A DNA stretch of 64,000 bases from Acidovorax sp. (GTDB lineage Bacteria > Pseudomonadota > Gammaproteobacteria > Burkholderiales > Burkholderiaceae_C), in contig NZ_JBKDTZ010000201.1 in NCBI RefSeq assembly GCF_046339755.1, positions 1,878 through 65,877 of the forward strand, read 5' to 3'. Below are positions 17,673 to 26,517 of the stretch, one piece after another. Position 1 is the stretch's first letter, and each line of letters begins with the position of its first letter. Under the pieces are notes generated by a model. That model saw only the letters and a program-made list of their open reading frames with translations, did not search any database and was not told the DNA's origin. Both the position numbers and the translations under genes were made by a program.

Positions 17673-18845
17673 TCACCCCGCAGCGCTGCGCAGCGCCTGC
17701 TCCACATCCGCCGCCAGCAGCTCGGCCCCTTCGGCACCGATGGCCAGCCGCACGATGCCTTGCCGGATGTGGCAATACGCCCGCCGGGCCTGCTCGGCCT
17801 CGGGGTAGTAGCCGGCCAGGCTGTGCACGCCGCCCCAGCTGGCGCCGATGCGAAAGACCTCAAGCGCATCGAAGAACTGGTGCACCTGCGCCGCCGATGC
17901 CAGCCGGGGCACGAAGGACAGCACGCACCCGCCGCCCTGGAACGAGGCGGCCCAGCGTGCATGCCCTTCGTCGCCGGGGCGGGGCGGGAACATCACGCGC
18001 TCCACATAGGTGTTGCTGGCCAGCCTGCCGGCCACGGCCAGTGCCGATGCGCACTGGTGCGCATAGCGCAGCGCCAGGGTGTCCAGCCCCCGCAGCACGA
18101 GAAAGCAGTCGTCGGGGCCCACGGCCTGGCCGAGCACGCTCTGGGCGGTGCGCAGCTTTTCGTAGAGGGCGCGGCTGTCGGTGGCGATGGCGCCCAGCAG
18201 CAGGTCGGAGTGGCCGCCCAAGAGCTTGGATGCCGCCTCCACCACGATGTCGATGCCCGCGGGCACGCCCTGAAAGCCCAGGGGCGATGCCCAGCTGTTG
18301 TCCAGCACGGTCAGGATGCCGGCCGCCCGCGCGGCGCGCACGATGGCCGGTAGGTCCTGCATCTCCATGGTCAGGGAGCCGGGCGACTCCAGGAAGATGA
18401 GTTTCGTGTTCGGCTTGAAGCGTTCTGCCAGCTCCGCCCCGGCGCTGGGATCAAAGGTCTCGCACTCCACGCCGAAGCGCTGCAGGTAGTCGCTGGCAAA
18501 GCTGCGCAGCGGGCCGTAGGCCGAGTCCGCGATGAGCACATGGTCGCCCGCGCCCAGCAGCGCCAGCGCCACCTGGCACAGCGCGGACTGGCCCGAGGGC
18601 GTGACGATGCAGTGGCTGGCGCCTTCGAGCCGGGCGATGCGTTCTTCCAGCATGCGCGTGGTCGGCGTGCCGGTGATGCCGTAGGTGTAGCCGTCGAACA
18701 GGCGCTCCTTGCGCGTGGTGAAGTCCGCGACGTTGTCGAACAGCACGGTGGATGCGCGCCAGACGGCGGGTGACAGGCTCTGGAAGCCTTCGGTGTGCTT
18801 GCCGGTTGCTGGGGTGGGGTCTTTCATTTGCTCGTCTGTGTTCAT
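17673..18845 (-). CDS. Cys/Met-metabolism PLP-dependent enzyme (cystathionine beta-lyase-like)
   Basis: 390 aa. PLP-lysine region EAASKLLGGHSD. N-terminal ...YTYGITGTPTTRMLEERIARLEG typical of the MetC/MetB fold-type I family. Confidence 0.85.
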   Translation of the reverse strand: MNTDEQMKDPTPATGKHTEGFQSLSPAVWRASTVLFDNVADFTTRKERLFDGYTYGITGTPTTRMLEERIARLEGASHCIVTPSGQSALCQVALALLGAGDHVLIADSAYGPLRSFASDYLQRFGVECETFDPSAGAELAERFKPNTKLIFLESPGSLTMEMQDLPAIVRAARAAGILTVLDNSWASPLGFQGVPAGIDIVVEAASKLLGGHSDLLLGAIATDSRALYEKLRTAQSVLGQAVGPDDCFLVLRGLDTLALRYAHQCASALAVAGRLASNTYVERVMFPPRPGDEGHARWAASFQGGGCVLSFVPRLASAAQVHQFFDALEVFRIGASWGGVHSLAGYYPEAEQARRAYCHIRQGIVRLAIGAEGAELLAADVEQALRSAAG

Positions 18846-19837
18846 TCAGGCTTGATGCCAAGGTCGGAGACGACTTTGGCCCATTTCGCCGCCTCGGCGC
18901 GGATGAAGGCCATGGTGTCGTCGGGCGCCTTGCTGCGCAGGTTGATGGCCAGGCTGGAGATGCGCGCCTGCACCTGCTTGTCCGCGAGTGCCTTGGCGGT
19001 GGAGGCATGCAGCCTGTCGACGATGGGCCTGGGCGTCTTGGCCGGCACGACCAGTGCCCACCACTGCCCGAAGTCCAGGCTGGACAGGCGCAACTCGCTC
19101 GCGGCGGGGACGTGGGGCAACTGCGCAATGCGGCGGCTGCCCGTGGCCATCAGCGGAACGATCTTGCCCGCGCCCAGCAGGGCGCTGGCGCTGGCCAGCG
19201 TGCAGAAGTGGCCAGCAACGAGGCCCGCCGCAACGTCGGTGAGGGCAGGGGCGGAACCCTTGTAGGGGATCTGGTCGAAAGGGACTTTGGTCTCCTTGGC
19301 GAACAGCCCCGCCGCCAGGTGGCTGATGCTGCCGTTGCCGCTGGTGGCCAGGGTGAACGGGTCTGCGGCCTTGCGTGCATCGGCCAGGAAGTTCTGGAAC
19401 TGCCCCTCCCTGTACTTCTGCGCACTGACGAACAGCACCAGCGGCGAGTCGCCCAGCAGGGAGACGGCGGCCGTGTCGTTCATGAGGTCGTAGGACACCT
19501 TCTGGAACACCGAGGGCGCAATCGCATGCGCCAGTTCGATCACCGAGGCCGTGTACCCGTCGGCCGGGGACTTGGCCATGGCATCCACGCCCAGGCGGCC
19601 CGATGCGCCGGGCCGGTTGTCCACCACCACGGGCTTGCCCAGGAGGTCGCCCAGGTTCTGCCCCACCGCGCGGGCCAGTACATCCGTGCTGCCGCCGGCC
19701 GACCACGGAACGATCAGTTTGACCGGCCGGTCGGGATAGGCTGCGTTCGCCCAGGTCCTGCCCCACGGCAGGAGGGAGCCCATGGCGGTTGCAGCAATAC
19801 CTGCGAGTGCATTGCGGCGATTCAAAGAGTCGTTCAT
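18842..19837 (-). CDS. Bug-family (TctC-like) tripartite tricarboxylate transporter substrate-binding protein
   Basis: ATG at 19837. Signal or Tat-like RRNALAGIAATAMG. YPDRPVKLIVPWSAGGSTDVLAR is the Bug-family hallmark. 4-bp overlap with the downstream PLP enzyme. Confidence 0.85.
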   Translation of the reverse strand: MNDSLNRRNALAGIAATAMGSLLPWGRTWANAAYPDRPVKLIVPWSAGGSTDVLARAVGQNLGDLLGKPVVVDNRPGASGRLGVDAMAKSPADGYTASVIELAHAIAPSVFQKVSYDLMNDTAAVSLLGDSPLVLFVSAQKYREGQFQNFLADARKAADPFTLATSGNGSISHLAAGLFAKETKVPFDQIPYKGSAPALTDVAAGLVAGHFCTLASASALLGAGKIVPLMATGSRRIAQLPHVPAASELRLSSLDFGQWWALVVPAKTPRPIVDRLHASTAKALADKQVQARISSLAINLRSKAPDDTMAFIRAEAAKWAKVVSDLGIKPE

Positions 19838-19941
19838 ACGGATTACCACGCCCATCGATTGTGATTTGAAAAACCGGAGGAAATGAAAATCCCTGTCCGG
19901 CGCCTTGGTGCGTACTCTAAAATCGCCATCAATTACAATCA

Positions 19942-19960
19942 ATGACTCAAATGGAGTCAT
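19942..19960. promoter_or_regulatory. candidate LysR-type operator (inverted repeat) in a divergent intergenic region
   Basis: ATGACTC-N5-GAGTCAT is a perfect 7-bp inverted repeat lying between the divergent Bug/PLP operon and LysR gene 19987..20889. Confidence 0.3.
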
Positions 19961-19986
19961 CGATGTGCAAACCTGATAGGTGATCC

Positions 19987-20889
19987 ATGAACTTCCGCCA
20001 GGTTGAAGCCTTTCGCGCCGTGATGGTCACCGGCTCCGCCTCGCGCGCGGCGGACTTGCTGCAGATCACCCAGCCGGCCATCAGCCGCAGCATTCTGGAG
20101 CTGGAAAAACTCACGGGCTTCCAGCTGTTCGACCGCATCCGCGGCCGCCTGGTGCCCACGGCCGAGGGACAGCTGTTCTTTCGCGATGTGGAGAGCAGCT
20201 TCCAGGGGCTGGACCGGCTGCGCGTGAGCGCGGCGCGCATCCGCGACTTCGGCACGGGCGACATCCGCATGGCCAGCCTGGCGGCCATGGGCTCGACCCT
20301 GGTGCCGCATGCGCTGCGCCTGTTCCGCGAGCGCCACCCCTCGATCGCGGTGACGCTGCAGGTGGGCGCGTCATCCTCCGTGCGGGAGCTGGTGATGGGC
20401 AACCGCTTCGACGTGGGCCTTGCCGCCGACGAGATCGATGTCACGGGCCTGGAGCACCAGCTGTTTGCCACGCCCAAGGCGGTGTGTGCCATGCCCGCGG
20501 GGCACCGCCTGGCCGAGCGCGAGGTGGTCACGCCCGAGGACCTGGCGGGCGAGCCCTTCATCGCCCTGGCGCCCGAGGACACCGTGCGCCGCAAGCTGGA
20601 CAAGGTGTTCGCGGCCAAGGCCGTGCGCCCCCGGGTGGTGGCCGAGACGCCCAACTCCTCCACCGTCTGCGCGCTGGCCATGGAGGGGCTGGGCGTGGGC
20701 CTGGTGAACCCCTATGCGGCCGACGGCTATGCCGCGCGCGGGGTGGTGTTCCGCCCGTTCTCGGCGGCGGTGCACTTTCGCACCCTGCTGATCTTTCGTC
20801 CGGACTTGCCCAAGTCGCGCATCGTGCGCGACCTGGCGGCCTGCCTGTTCGAGGCGCGCAACCTACGGGCCGACCGGCTGGTGCATTGA
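19987..20889 (+). CDS. LysR-family transcriptional regulator
   Basis: 300 aa. N-terminal wHTH (MNFRQVEAFRAVMVTGSASRAADLLQITQPAISRSILELE) plus a LysR substrate-binding domain. Divergent from the Bug/PLP operon. Confidence 0.9.
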   Translation: MNFRQVEAFRAVMVTGSASRAADLLQITQPAISRSILELEKLTGFQLFDRIRGRLVPTAEGQLFFRDVESSFQGLDRLRVSAARIRDFGTGDIRMASLAAMGSTLVPHALRLFRERHPSIAVTLQVGASSSVRELVMGNRFDVGLAADEIDVTGLEHQLFATPKAVCAMPAGHRLAEREVVTPEDLAGEPFIALAPEDTVRRKLDKVFAAKAVRPRVVAETPNSSTVCALAMEGLGVGLVNPYAADGYAARGVVFRPFSAAVHFRTLLIFRPDLPKSRIVRDLAACLFEARNLRADRLVH

Positions 20890-20891
20890 AT

Positions 20892-21017
20892 GCACCCTCT
20901 GAATCGCGTCGCGCCTTCACCCCTCTCTCGACTCGCTGTGCGAGTCGGCAGGGGGACGCCCCCGGTGCGGCGGGGCGGCCCTTGCACGGGGGCACTGGCC
21001 TTGTTCGCGCCAGTTTC
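20892..21017. repeat. REP-like intergenic repeat (family C), copy 1
   Basis: Shares GCACCCT..GA..CGC.TCGCG and an identical 42-bp GC-rich core GGGGGACGCCCCCGGTGCGGCGGGGCGGCCCTTGCACGGGGG (20951-20992), followed by CGCGCCAGTTTC, with 53431..53529. Confidence 0.65.
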
Positions 21018-21339
21018 AAGCGATGGCGCACGTTGCCATAAAGAGCAGGGCTTGTTTGGCCAACCGGGGCTATCAGGTTTGGTAATGGCAGGTGCCATCG
21101 GCGTCAATGTTTTCATGGGGTGGCTGGCCGTACAGTGCCTGCAGCCCTGATCGATGCCTGTTTTTAAACACCTGGCGGCCTTTCAAAGGCCGTGCTGCCG
21201 CATATTCGGGTGAATTTATTTTGGCGCAATAGGTAATGGCTTGGGGTGGTTTTTGGATAACCCAGGGCCACAACGCACCATTTGCCTGGCACCGTGAACG
21301 CCGACTAGCTAGTGTAATCTGCAGGGGTCGCTTTGGAGT

Positions 21340-21474
21340 GAAATCGGGCCGACGAATTCGGAATGTTGGCGCCCCCGCTGCTTGCATGGGCATGCGCCCA
21401 TGCGGCGCATCCGAAGCAGCCATTCATCCCGAGTGCACTCCAACGCGGCTGCAAAAAGACCTTGAACAGGTTCT
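21340..21474. repeat. partial copy of MITE family B (right half)
   Basis: GAAATCGGGC...GCTTGCATGGGCA.G.GCCCATGCGGCGCA.CCGAAGCA.CCA.TCATCCCGA.TGCAC.CCAACGCGGC aligns with 11395..11490. It has a degenerate terminal repeat (AAAGACCTTGAACAGGTTCT). Confidence 0.5.
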
Positions 21475-21696
21475 CAAGGATGCGCGCTTCAAGGACGTGA
21501 TCGTGGCCTACCGCCCCATGCCGCTGGACGGCCTGCCCATGAGCGGCCATGGGCCGGGCGCCGCGGGCATGTACATGGTGCCACCCACAGCGGCGTGACC
21601 CTGGCGCCCTTGCTGGGCAGGCATGCGGCGCAGGAGGTTCTCAGCAGCGAGCGGCTGGCCGCGCTGGCGAAGTACCGGCCGGAACGTTTTCTGTAA
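21446..21696 (+). pseudogene. C-terminal remnant of an FAD-dependent oxidoreductase (DadA/glycine-oxidase-like), frameshifted
   Basis: ...VIVAYRPMPLDGLPMSGHGPGAAGMYMV is in one frame and then ATHSGVTLAPLLGRHAAQEVLSSERLAALAKYRPERFL* in another. There is no N-terminal FAD-binding part, and the remnant abuts the family-B repeat. Confidence 0.5.
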
Positions 21697-21714
21697 GCGC
21701 TGCTGGCGCTGCGT

Positions 21715-22836
21715 TCACGCACCCCGCGCCCGCGCATGGTGCTGCGCCAGGTGCAGCCGGTCCTCCAGTGTGGAGAACACCACGGCGAAGACCATGCCCA
21801 CCAGGGCGCCGAGCACGGTGTCCAGCACGCGCGCCAGAGGCATGCCGGCTGCCGCGCCGGGCGCGGCCAGCGAGGTCATGAGCAGGGCCATGGGCGTCAC
21901 GAAGACCTGGCCCAGTGCGTAGTTGGCGCCGATCACCACCTCGGTGACCAGTTGCAGCACGATCACGGCCGCCAGCAGCGGCCAGAACGTGGGGTGCTGG
22001 GCCAGCACCAGCCAGGCCAGTGCCGCTCCGGCCACGGTGCCGGCGGTGCGCTGCACCGCGCGGTGCATGGCCAGGTGCAGGTGGCTGCCCTGCAGCACCG
22101 CCATGGCGCCGATGGCGGCCCAGGCCGGGTGCTGCCAGCCGGCAGCCAGGGCCAGCATGCCAGCGCTGGCGGTGCACAGGGCGGTGCGCGCCAACGCCGC
22201 CCACGGGGGCAGTGGCGTGGGGCAGGCTGCGGCCAACGGGGCGGCGGGCGCGGGCACCTCGGCGCGCAGCCGGTCGCTCGCGCGGCACACGCACCAGGCC
22301 ACGGCCACCCCTGCCAGCGTGAAGAGCACGCGCTCGGCGGCGGCCTGCCAGCCGTCCACCGGGCCAATGGCGGCGCAGCCTGCGAAGACGAAGATGACCG
22401 CGCCCGGGGCGCCCAGGCGCCAATGGCCCGCCAGCCAGGTCACGGCACCGGCCAGCAGCCCCAGGCACAGCAGCAGGGCGGCCGGCGCGGCGCCCGCCAG
22501 CGCGGCCACGGACATGAGTGCGACCGAAGCTATGAGCAGCAGGCCCGCCTGCAGCACGGCGGGCATGCGCTGGCCTGCCGGCGCAAAGCGCCCGAACAGC
22601 GCCGCCAGGGCACCCAGTGCCGGAAAGCCTTGCAGGTGCGCCCAGGGCGACCAATGGGTGGCGCCCACGGCAATCAGCACCGCCAGGCCGGTCTGCAGGC
22701 CGGCCACGGCGGCATTGCGCACCGAGGCCGGGGGCGTGATGGCGCAGGCCTCGCGCAGCCGCGCGGGGGCGAGCAGGTGGGTTACGGCAGCCAGGTGGCT
22801 GTGCGATGGGTGGTGTGCATGCATGGGTGGCTCCAT
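21715..22836 (-). CDS. FUSC-family (fusaric-acid-resistance / aromatic-acid exporter-like) inner-membrane protein
   Basis: 373 aa, multi-pass hydrophobic protein. Start overlaps the stop of the upstream MarR gene. Chosen over the Arg/Pro-rich shadow ORFs 21641..22852(-) and 21736..23316(+). Confidence 0.7.
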   Translation of the reverse strand: MEPPMHAHHPSHSHLAAVTHLLAPARLREACAITPPASVRNAAVAGLQTGLAVLIAVGATHWSPWAHLQGFPALGALAALFGRFAPAGQRMPAVLQAGLLLIASVALMSVAALAGAAPAALLLCLGLLAGAVTWLAGHWRLGAPGAVIFVFAGCAAIGPVDGWQAAAERVLFTLAGVAVAWCVCRASDRLRAEVPAPAAPLAAACPTPLPPWAALARTALCTASAGMLALAAGWQHPAWAAIGAMAVLQGSHLHLAMHRAVQRTAGTVAGAALAWLVLAQHPTFWPLLAAVIVLQLVTEVVIGANYALGQVFVTPMALLMTSLAAPGAAAGMPLARVLDTVLGALVGMVFAVVFSTLEDRLHLAQHHARARGA

Positions 22837-23288
22837 CAGGCCGTGGCTGCAATGCGGGCTTCGATGCGTTCGAAGGCGCGCAGCAGGGTCAACGCGTCCT
22901 GCTCGCCAATGTCGGCCAGCAGCTCCGATTCAATGGCCTGCAGTTGTTTGCGCAGGGCGGCCACGGTGCGGCGGCCGGCGGTGCTCAGGTGCACCAGCTT
23001 CACGCGGCGGTCCTCGGGGTGGGGGCGGCGCTCGATCAGGCCGCGCTCCGCCAATATGTCGAGCAGCCGCACCAGGCTGGAGCCATCGAGCCCCACGGCC
23101 GCCGCCAGCGCGCTTTGCGAGACACCGCTGTCGCTGCCCAGCTCGTGCAGGTGCATCAGCGGTGCCCAGGTGGCATCGCTCAGGCCGCTGGCAGAGAGGC
23201 GCGCATCCAGCGCCTGGCGCCAGCGCCTTGCCAGGCCCACCAGGCGGATGCCAATGCGGTGGCGCGGATCGGGGAGGTCTTCTTTCAT
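22836..23288 (-). CDS. MarR-family transcriptional regulator
   Basis: Starts MKEDLPDPRHRIGIRLVGLARRW. wHTH region SQSALAAAVGLDGSSLVRLLDILAERGLIERRPHPEDRRVKLVHLT/S is typical of MarR. The palindromic operator lies immediately upstream. Confidence 0.9.
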   Translation of the reverse strand: MKEDLPDPRHRIGIRLVGLARRWRQALDARLSASGLSDATWAPLMHLHELGSDSGVSQSALAAAVGLDGSSLVRLLDILAERGLIERRPHPEDRRVKLVHLSTAGRRTVAALRKQLQAIESELLADIGEQDALTLLRAFERIEARIAATA

Positions 23289-23301
23289 GGGGAATGATTT
23301 T

Positions 23302-23333
23302 ATCACAATCATTTGAATTCAAATAATTGTGAT
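23302..23333. promoter_or_regulatory. 32-bp near-perfect palindrome, candidate MarR operator
   Basis: ATCACAATCATTTGAATTCAAATAATTGTGAT has 15 of 16 matching half-site positions, is centred on GAATTC, and is AT-rich. It sits 14 bp upstream of the MarR start and between divergent genes. Confidence 0.5.
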
Positions 23334-23512
23334 GCTAATGGTGTGGCTGCCCAGGCTGGCTCCTGTTACCGTTGCATGCACCGGGGGGCAGGGGGCGGGG
23401 CCTTCTCTTGGCCTATCATGTAATCACGAGCAAGCCGCCCGATGCCGCATCGGTCATCGGCCCGCCCACCAGAACATCGAACCGGCGGCCTTCCGCCCAA
23501 GCCCGTCCATCC

Positions 23513-24238
23513 ATGCCCTCTCTTTCGTCGCCTCCGGCCGCAACCACGTCGTCCCACGCCTTCGTCCCCGAGACCCGCTTTGGCCTGTGGTTCCTGTCCA
23601 CAGAGACCTGGCGCGTGCATGTTTTGCAGCGTGCCCTCAACGACCTGCAGGCCCTGGCGCCCGACCTGCCCAAGGGCGGTGCGGTGCTGGATATCGGCAC
23701 TGGCCAGGGCCATTCGCTGCCTGAATTGGCCGAGCGCTTTCGCCCCAGCCAGATCCATGCGCTCGACCCCGAGCCGGACTTCGCCGAGCGCTGCGGCGCC
23801 ATGCGCGAGGCGGCCAGTGCCCCCGTCACGCTGCACCATGCGCATGCCGAGAAGATCCCGCTGCCCGATGCCTCGGTGGACCTGGTGCTGTGCCACCAGA
23901 CGCTGCACCACATCGTGGACCAGCAGAGCGCGCTGGCCGAGATCTTTCGCGTGCTCAAGCCCGGCGGCCACGTGCTGCTGGCCGAGAGCACGCGCGCCTA
24001 TATCCACAGCTGGGTGATCCGGCTGCTGTTTCGCCACCCCATGCACGTGCAGCGCAGCGCGCCGGAGTTCCTGGCCATGCTGGGCGAGGCCGGCTTCGAG
24101 GTGAAGCCTGAGCATGTGAGCACGCCCTACCTGTGGTGGAGCCGCAAGGACCTGGGCGCCTTCGAGTGGCTGGGCTTTGGCGTGCCCAAGGTGCGCGAGG
24201 AAACCCTGCTCAATGCCGTAGCGCGCAAACCACTTTGA
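23513..24238 (+). CDS. class I SAM-dependent methyltransferase
   Basis: Motif I VLDIGTGQG. Post-I and motif II (...VDLVLCHQTLHH), then LKPGGHVLLAE. The start is taken at ATG 23513; upstream ORF residues are low-complexity. Confidence 0.8.
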   Translation: MPSLSSPPAATTSSHAFVPETRFGLWFLSTETWRVHVLQRALNDLQALAPDLPKGGAVLDIGTGQGHSLPELAERFRPSQIHALDPEPDFAERCGAMREAASAPVTLHHAHAEKIPLPDASVDLVLCHQTLHHIVDQQSALAEIFRVLKPGGHVLLAESTRAYIHSWVIRLLFRHPMHVQRSAPEFLAMLGEAGFEVKPEHVSTPYLWWSRKDLGAFEWLGFGVPKVREETLLNAVARKPL

Positions 24239-24251
24239 GGAGCCAAGCACC

Positions 24252-24643
24252 ATGCAGATCAAACTCGCCAGCGTCCTCGTGGACGACCAGGAAAAGGCCC
24301 TGAAGTTCTACACGGAGCAGCTGGGCTTCGTGAAGGACAAGGACATTCCCATGGGCACGTTCCGCTGGCTCACCGTGAACTCGCCCGACGGGGCCGAGGG
24401 CGTGGAGCTGGTGCTCGAACCCATGGCCTTTGCACCAGCGGCCACGTACCAGCGCGCACTGTTCGAGGCGGGCATCCCTGCCACGGCCTTCATCACCAAG
24501 GCCTGGCGGGCGACTACGCGCGGCTCAAGGCCGGCGGTGTGGTGTTCCGTGGCGAGCCGATGCGCGCGGGGCCGATCACCATGGTGCTGCTGGAAGATAC
24601 CTGCGGCAACCTGATCAACCTCGTTCAGCCGGATGCGCCATGA
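24252..24643 (+). pseudogene. VOC/glyoxalase-family protein with a 1-nt frameshift near 24500
   Basis: The N-terminus MQIKLASVLVDDQEKALKFYTEQLGFVKDKDIPMG... is VOC-like. After ...ATAFITK the annotated frame becomes junk, while the adjacent frame reads LAGDYARLKAGGVVFRGEPMRAGPITMVLLEDTCGNLINLVQPDAP* ending at 24643. Confidence 0.75.
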
Positions 24644-24683
24644 GTGAGGGCACACGGTGCATGCGGCCCCGGGGCAAGCCGAT

Positions 24684-25088
24684 CTAAGCGGGCGCTCCCA
24701 GCGCCTTGATCACCGCCGCATGCGCCATCGCCAGCTCGGGCGAGGTGTGGAAATGCTTCTGGTAGTGGCTTGAAAAATCCGCCTCGGCCGATTGCTCGAG
24801 CTTGAGCATCTCGCGCACGCGCCGGGCCACGATGTGGGGCGCTTCGGCCGCGTCGGCATTGCCGGGCTCCATGGCCTCGTCGAGCATCACGATCAGGCGG
24901 CTCAGCGGCTCCAGCCAGCGCATGGACTCGGCGTACGCCATGACCTGCAGGAATTCGCCGGCCGACTGGCGGCCGTGCAGCTTTTCGTAGTCGCGCCGCT
25001 CCAGCTCGATCAGGTGACGGTGCAGGCCCAGCAGGGCGGTGCGCAGGGCGGCGCATTGTTCAGGGGTGGTGGCAGTGGTGGTCGTCAT
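24684..25088 (-). CDS. hypothetical protein
   Basis: Starts at the internal ATG at 25088 (MTTTTATTPEQCAALRTALLGLHRHLIELERRDYEK...). Balanced composition. No family recognised. Confidence 0.5.
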   Translation of the reverse strand: MTTTTATTPEQCAALRTALLGLHRHLIELERRDYEKLHGRQSAGEFLQVMAYAESMRWLEPLSRLIVMLDEAMEPGNADAAEAPHIVARRVREMLKLEQSAEADFSSHYQKHFHTSPELAMAHAAVIKALGAPA

Positions 25089-25138
25089 GGGCGGAGGATC
25101 TGGAATGGGTCTGCCGCATGATCGCACGGCCCGGGGCC

Positions 25139-25420
25139 TCAATCCTTTGTCTTGGCGAAGTCCACCAGTTTCGCGTACTGCGCGGTGCCGCTGCGCATCA
25201 GCGCGGCCAGGTCGACTTGAGTCCCTGGCTCAACTGCTGGGCCAGGCGGGCGGCAGGGTCTTTGGCGCGGCCATGGCGAACCAGCCCACAAGGTCGTAGC
25301 CCTTGAGCAGCGGGTGCTCGGCCAGGGGGGGCACATGGGGCCGTGACGGGTGGCGCGCGGCGCTGGTGATGCCCAGGGGCACGACGCGGCCGCTCTGGAC
25401 GAATCATCCGCGGGGGCATG
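25139..25420 (-). pseudogene. C-terminal remnant of a Bug/TctC-family binding protein, multiply frameshifted
   Basis: Three frames together read ...VVPLGITSAARHPS.PHVPPLAEHPLLKGYDLVGWFAMAAPK / DPAARLAQQLSQGLK / VDLAALMRSGTAQYAKLVDFAKTKD*. No N-terminal half is present. Confidence 0.5.
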
Positions 25421-25477
25421 TGAGGCGTTGTCTAAGATGACGCCGCCACAACAACACAGATGTCGAAAGGGAGACCC

Positions 25478-26281
25478 ATGCAGGGAGTGTCGAAAAAGCG
25501 GGCCGCCGCTGCCATTGCCGCCATGGCGATGTGTGCTGCCACTGCGTTTGCGCAGAACACTATGGACATGGAGGCCAGGAGCCGTGGCGTCTTCGTCGAC
25601 GCGCCAGCCCCCCTGGGTGCCCTTGCGGGCGGCAGCTCCACGAATGCGGCGGCCAAGAAGCGCGGCGGCTTCCAGCCTGCATCGGCCGAGTCCCTGCGTT
25701 TTGCCAAGCTGGAGGCCCTGCCGGTGAGCCGCGAGTCCGGCCCGCTGGACATGCGGCGCTGGACCCTCTCCGCCCTGGTGGACAAGGGCACGGGGAGCAT
25801 CGACTACTACGTGCACTACTACGAGATCTACGGCGCAAGCGGCTGGAAATCCCTGTCCGCGGCGCAGACGGACGCGAGCGAGGGCCTGAAGGTCGGCCGC
25901 CTCAGCGCGCGCATGGTGTCGTGCTTGAACGGCTGCTTCTTCTCGGAAGAACTGTTCATCGATCTCACGCCCGGCGTGGTGGAGCGGGCCAGGACGCAGC
26001 CGCTGCGCATACAGCTGTCGGGGCCGGGCGCCGCCCCCGCCCTGATCGAGCTGGACGCGCAGACCGTGAACGACCTGGTGGCCCGTGCGGGTGTGGAGAG
26101 TGCCAAGTACCGCCGCGTGAGCGCGCCTGCCGCAGCAATGCCTGCGCCCGCGGCCGTGGCCGTGCCGCCCGGCCAGGCCCTGGTGGCCGATGAGCTGCAA
26201 GAGCTCTCAAAGCTGCGGGCCGACGGCACCATCACCGAGCAGGAATTCCAGAACCTCAAGGCGAAGCTGCTGGCCAGATGA
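25478..26281 (+). CDS. secreted protein with C-terminal SHOCT-like motif
   Basis: ATG at 25478 after GGGAGA. Signal AAAAIAAMAMCAATAFAQ. The C-terminal ELQELSKLRADGTITEQEFQNLKAKLL fits the SHOCT short C-terminal domain. Confidence 0.7.
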   Translation: MQGVSKKRAAAAIAAMAMCAATAFAQNTMDMEARSRGVFVDAPAPLGALAGGSSTNAAAKKRGGFQPASAESLRFAKLEALPVSRESGPLDMRRWTLSALVDKGTGSIDYYVHYYEIYGASGWKSLSAAQTDASEGLKVGRLSARMVSCLNGCFFSEELFIDLTPGVVERARTQPLRIQLSGPGAAPALIELDAQTVNDLVARAGVESAKYRRVSAPAAAMPAPAAVAVPPGQALVADELQELSKLRADGTITEQEFQNLKAKLLAR

Positions 26282-26517
26282 GCCGCGGCCAGCGTGCGCT
26301 CGGGCCTGATTGAGCCCGGCCGGCAGCGGTGCAAGACACCGCCAGCGCCTGGCCGGCCATTGGTTCATTGCAGCCGCCGCGCCTGCGCCTATGATCCAGA
26401 GATGGCAGAAGATCGAACGTTCCACCCCGCAGGCTGCAGCACCGCCCCACCGCCGTGCGCTGCGCTGCCCGTGCGGCGTGCGATGCCGCAAGTGCGAAAG
26501 AGGGCGGAAATCTAGCC

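Noticed and set aside
21736-23326. Plus-strand 526-aa and 467-aa ORFs across the FUSC and MarR genes
   Set aside because: Shadow ORFs with junk composition. The minus-strand MarR and polytopic membrane proteins are far more plausible.
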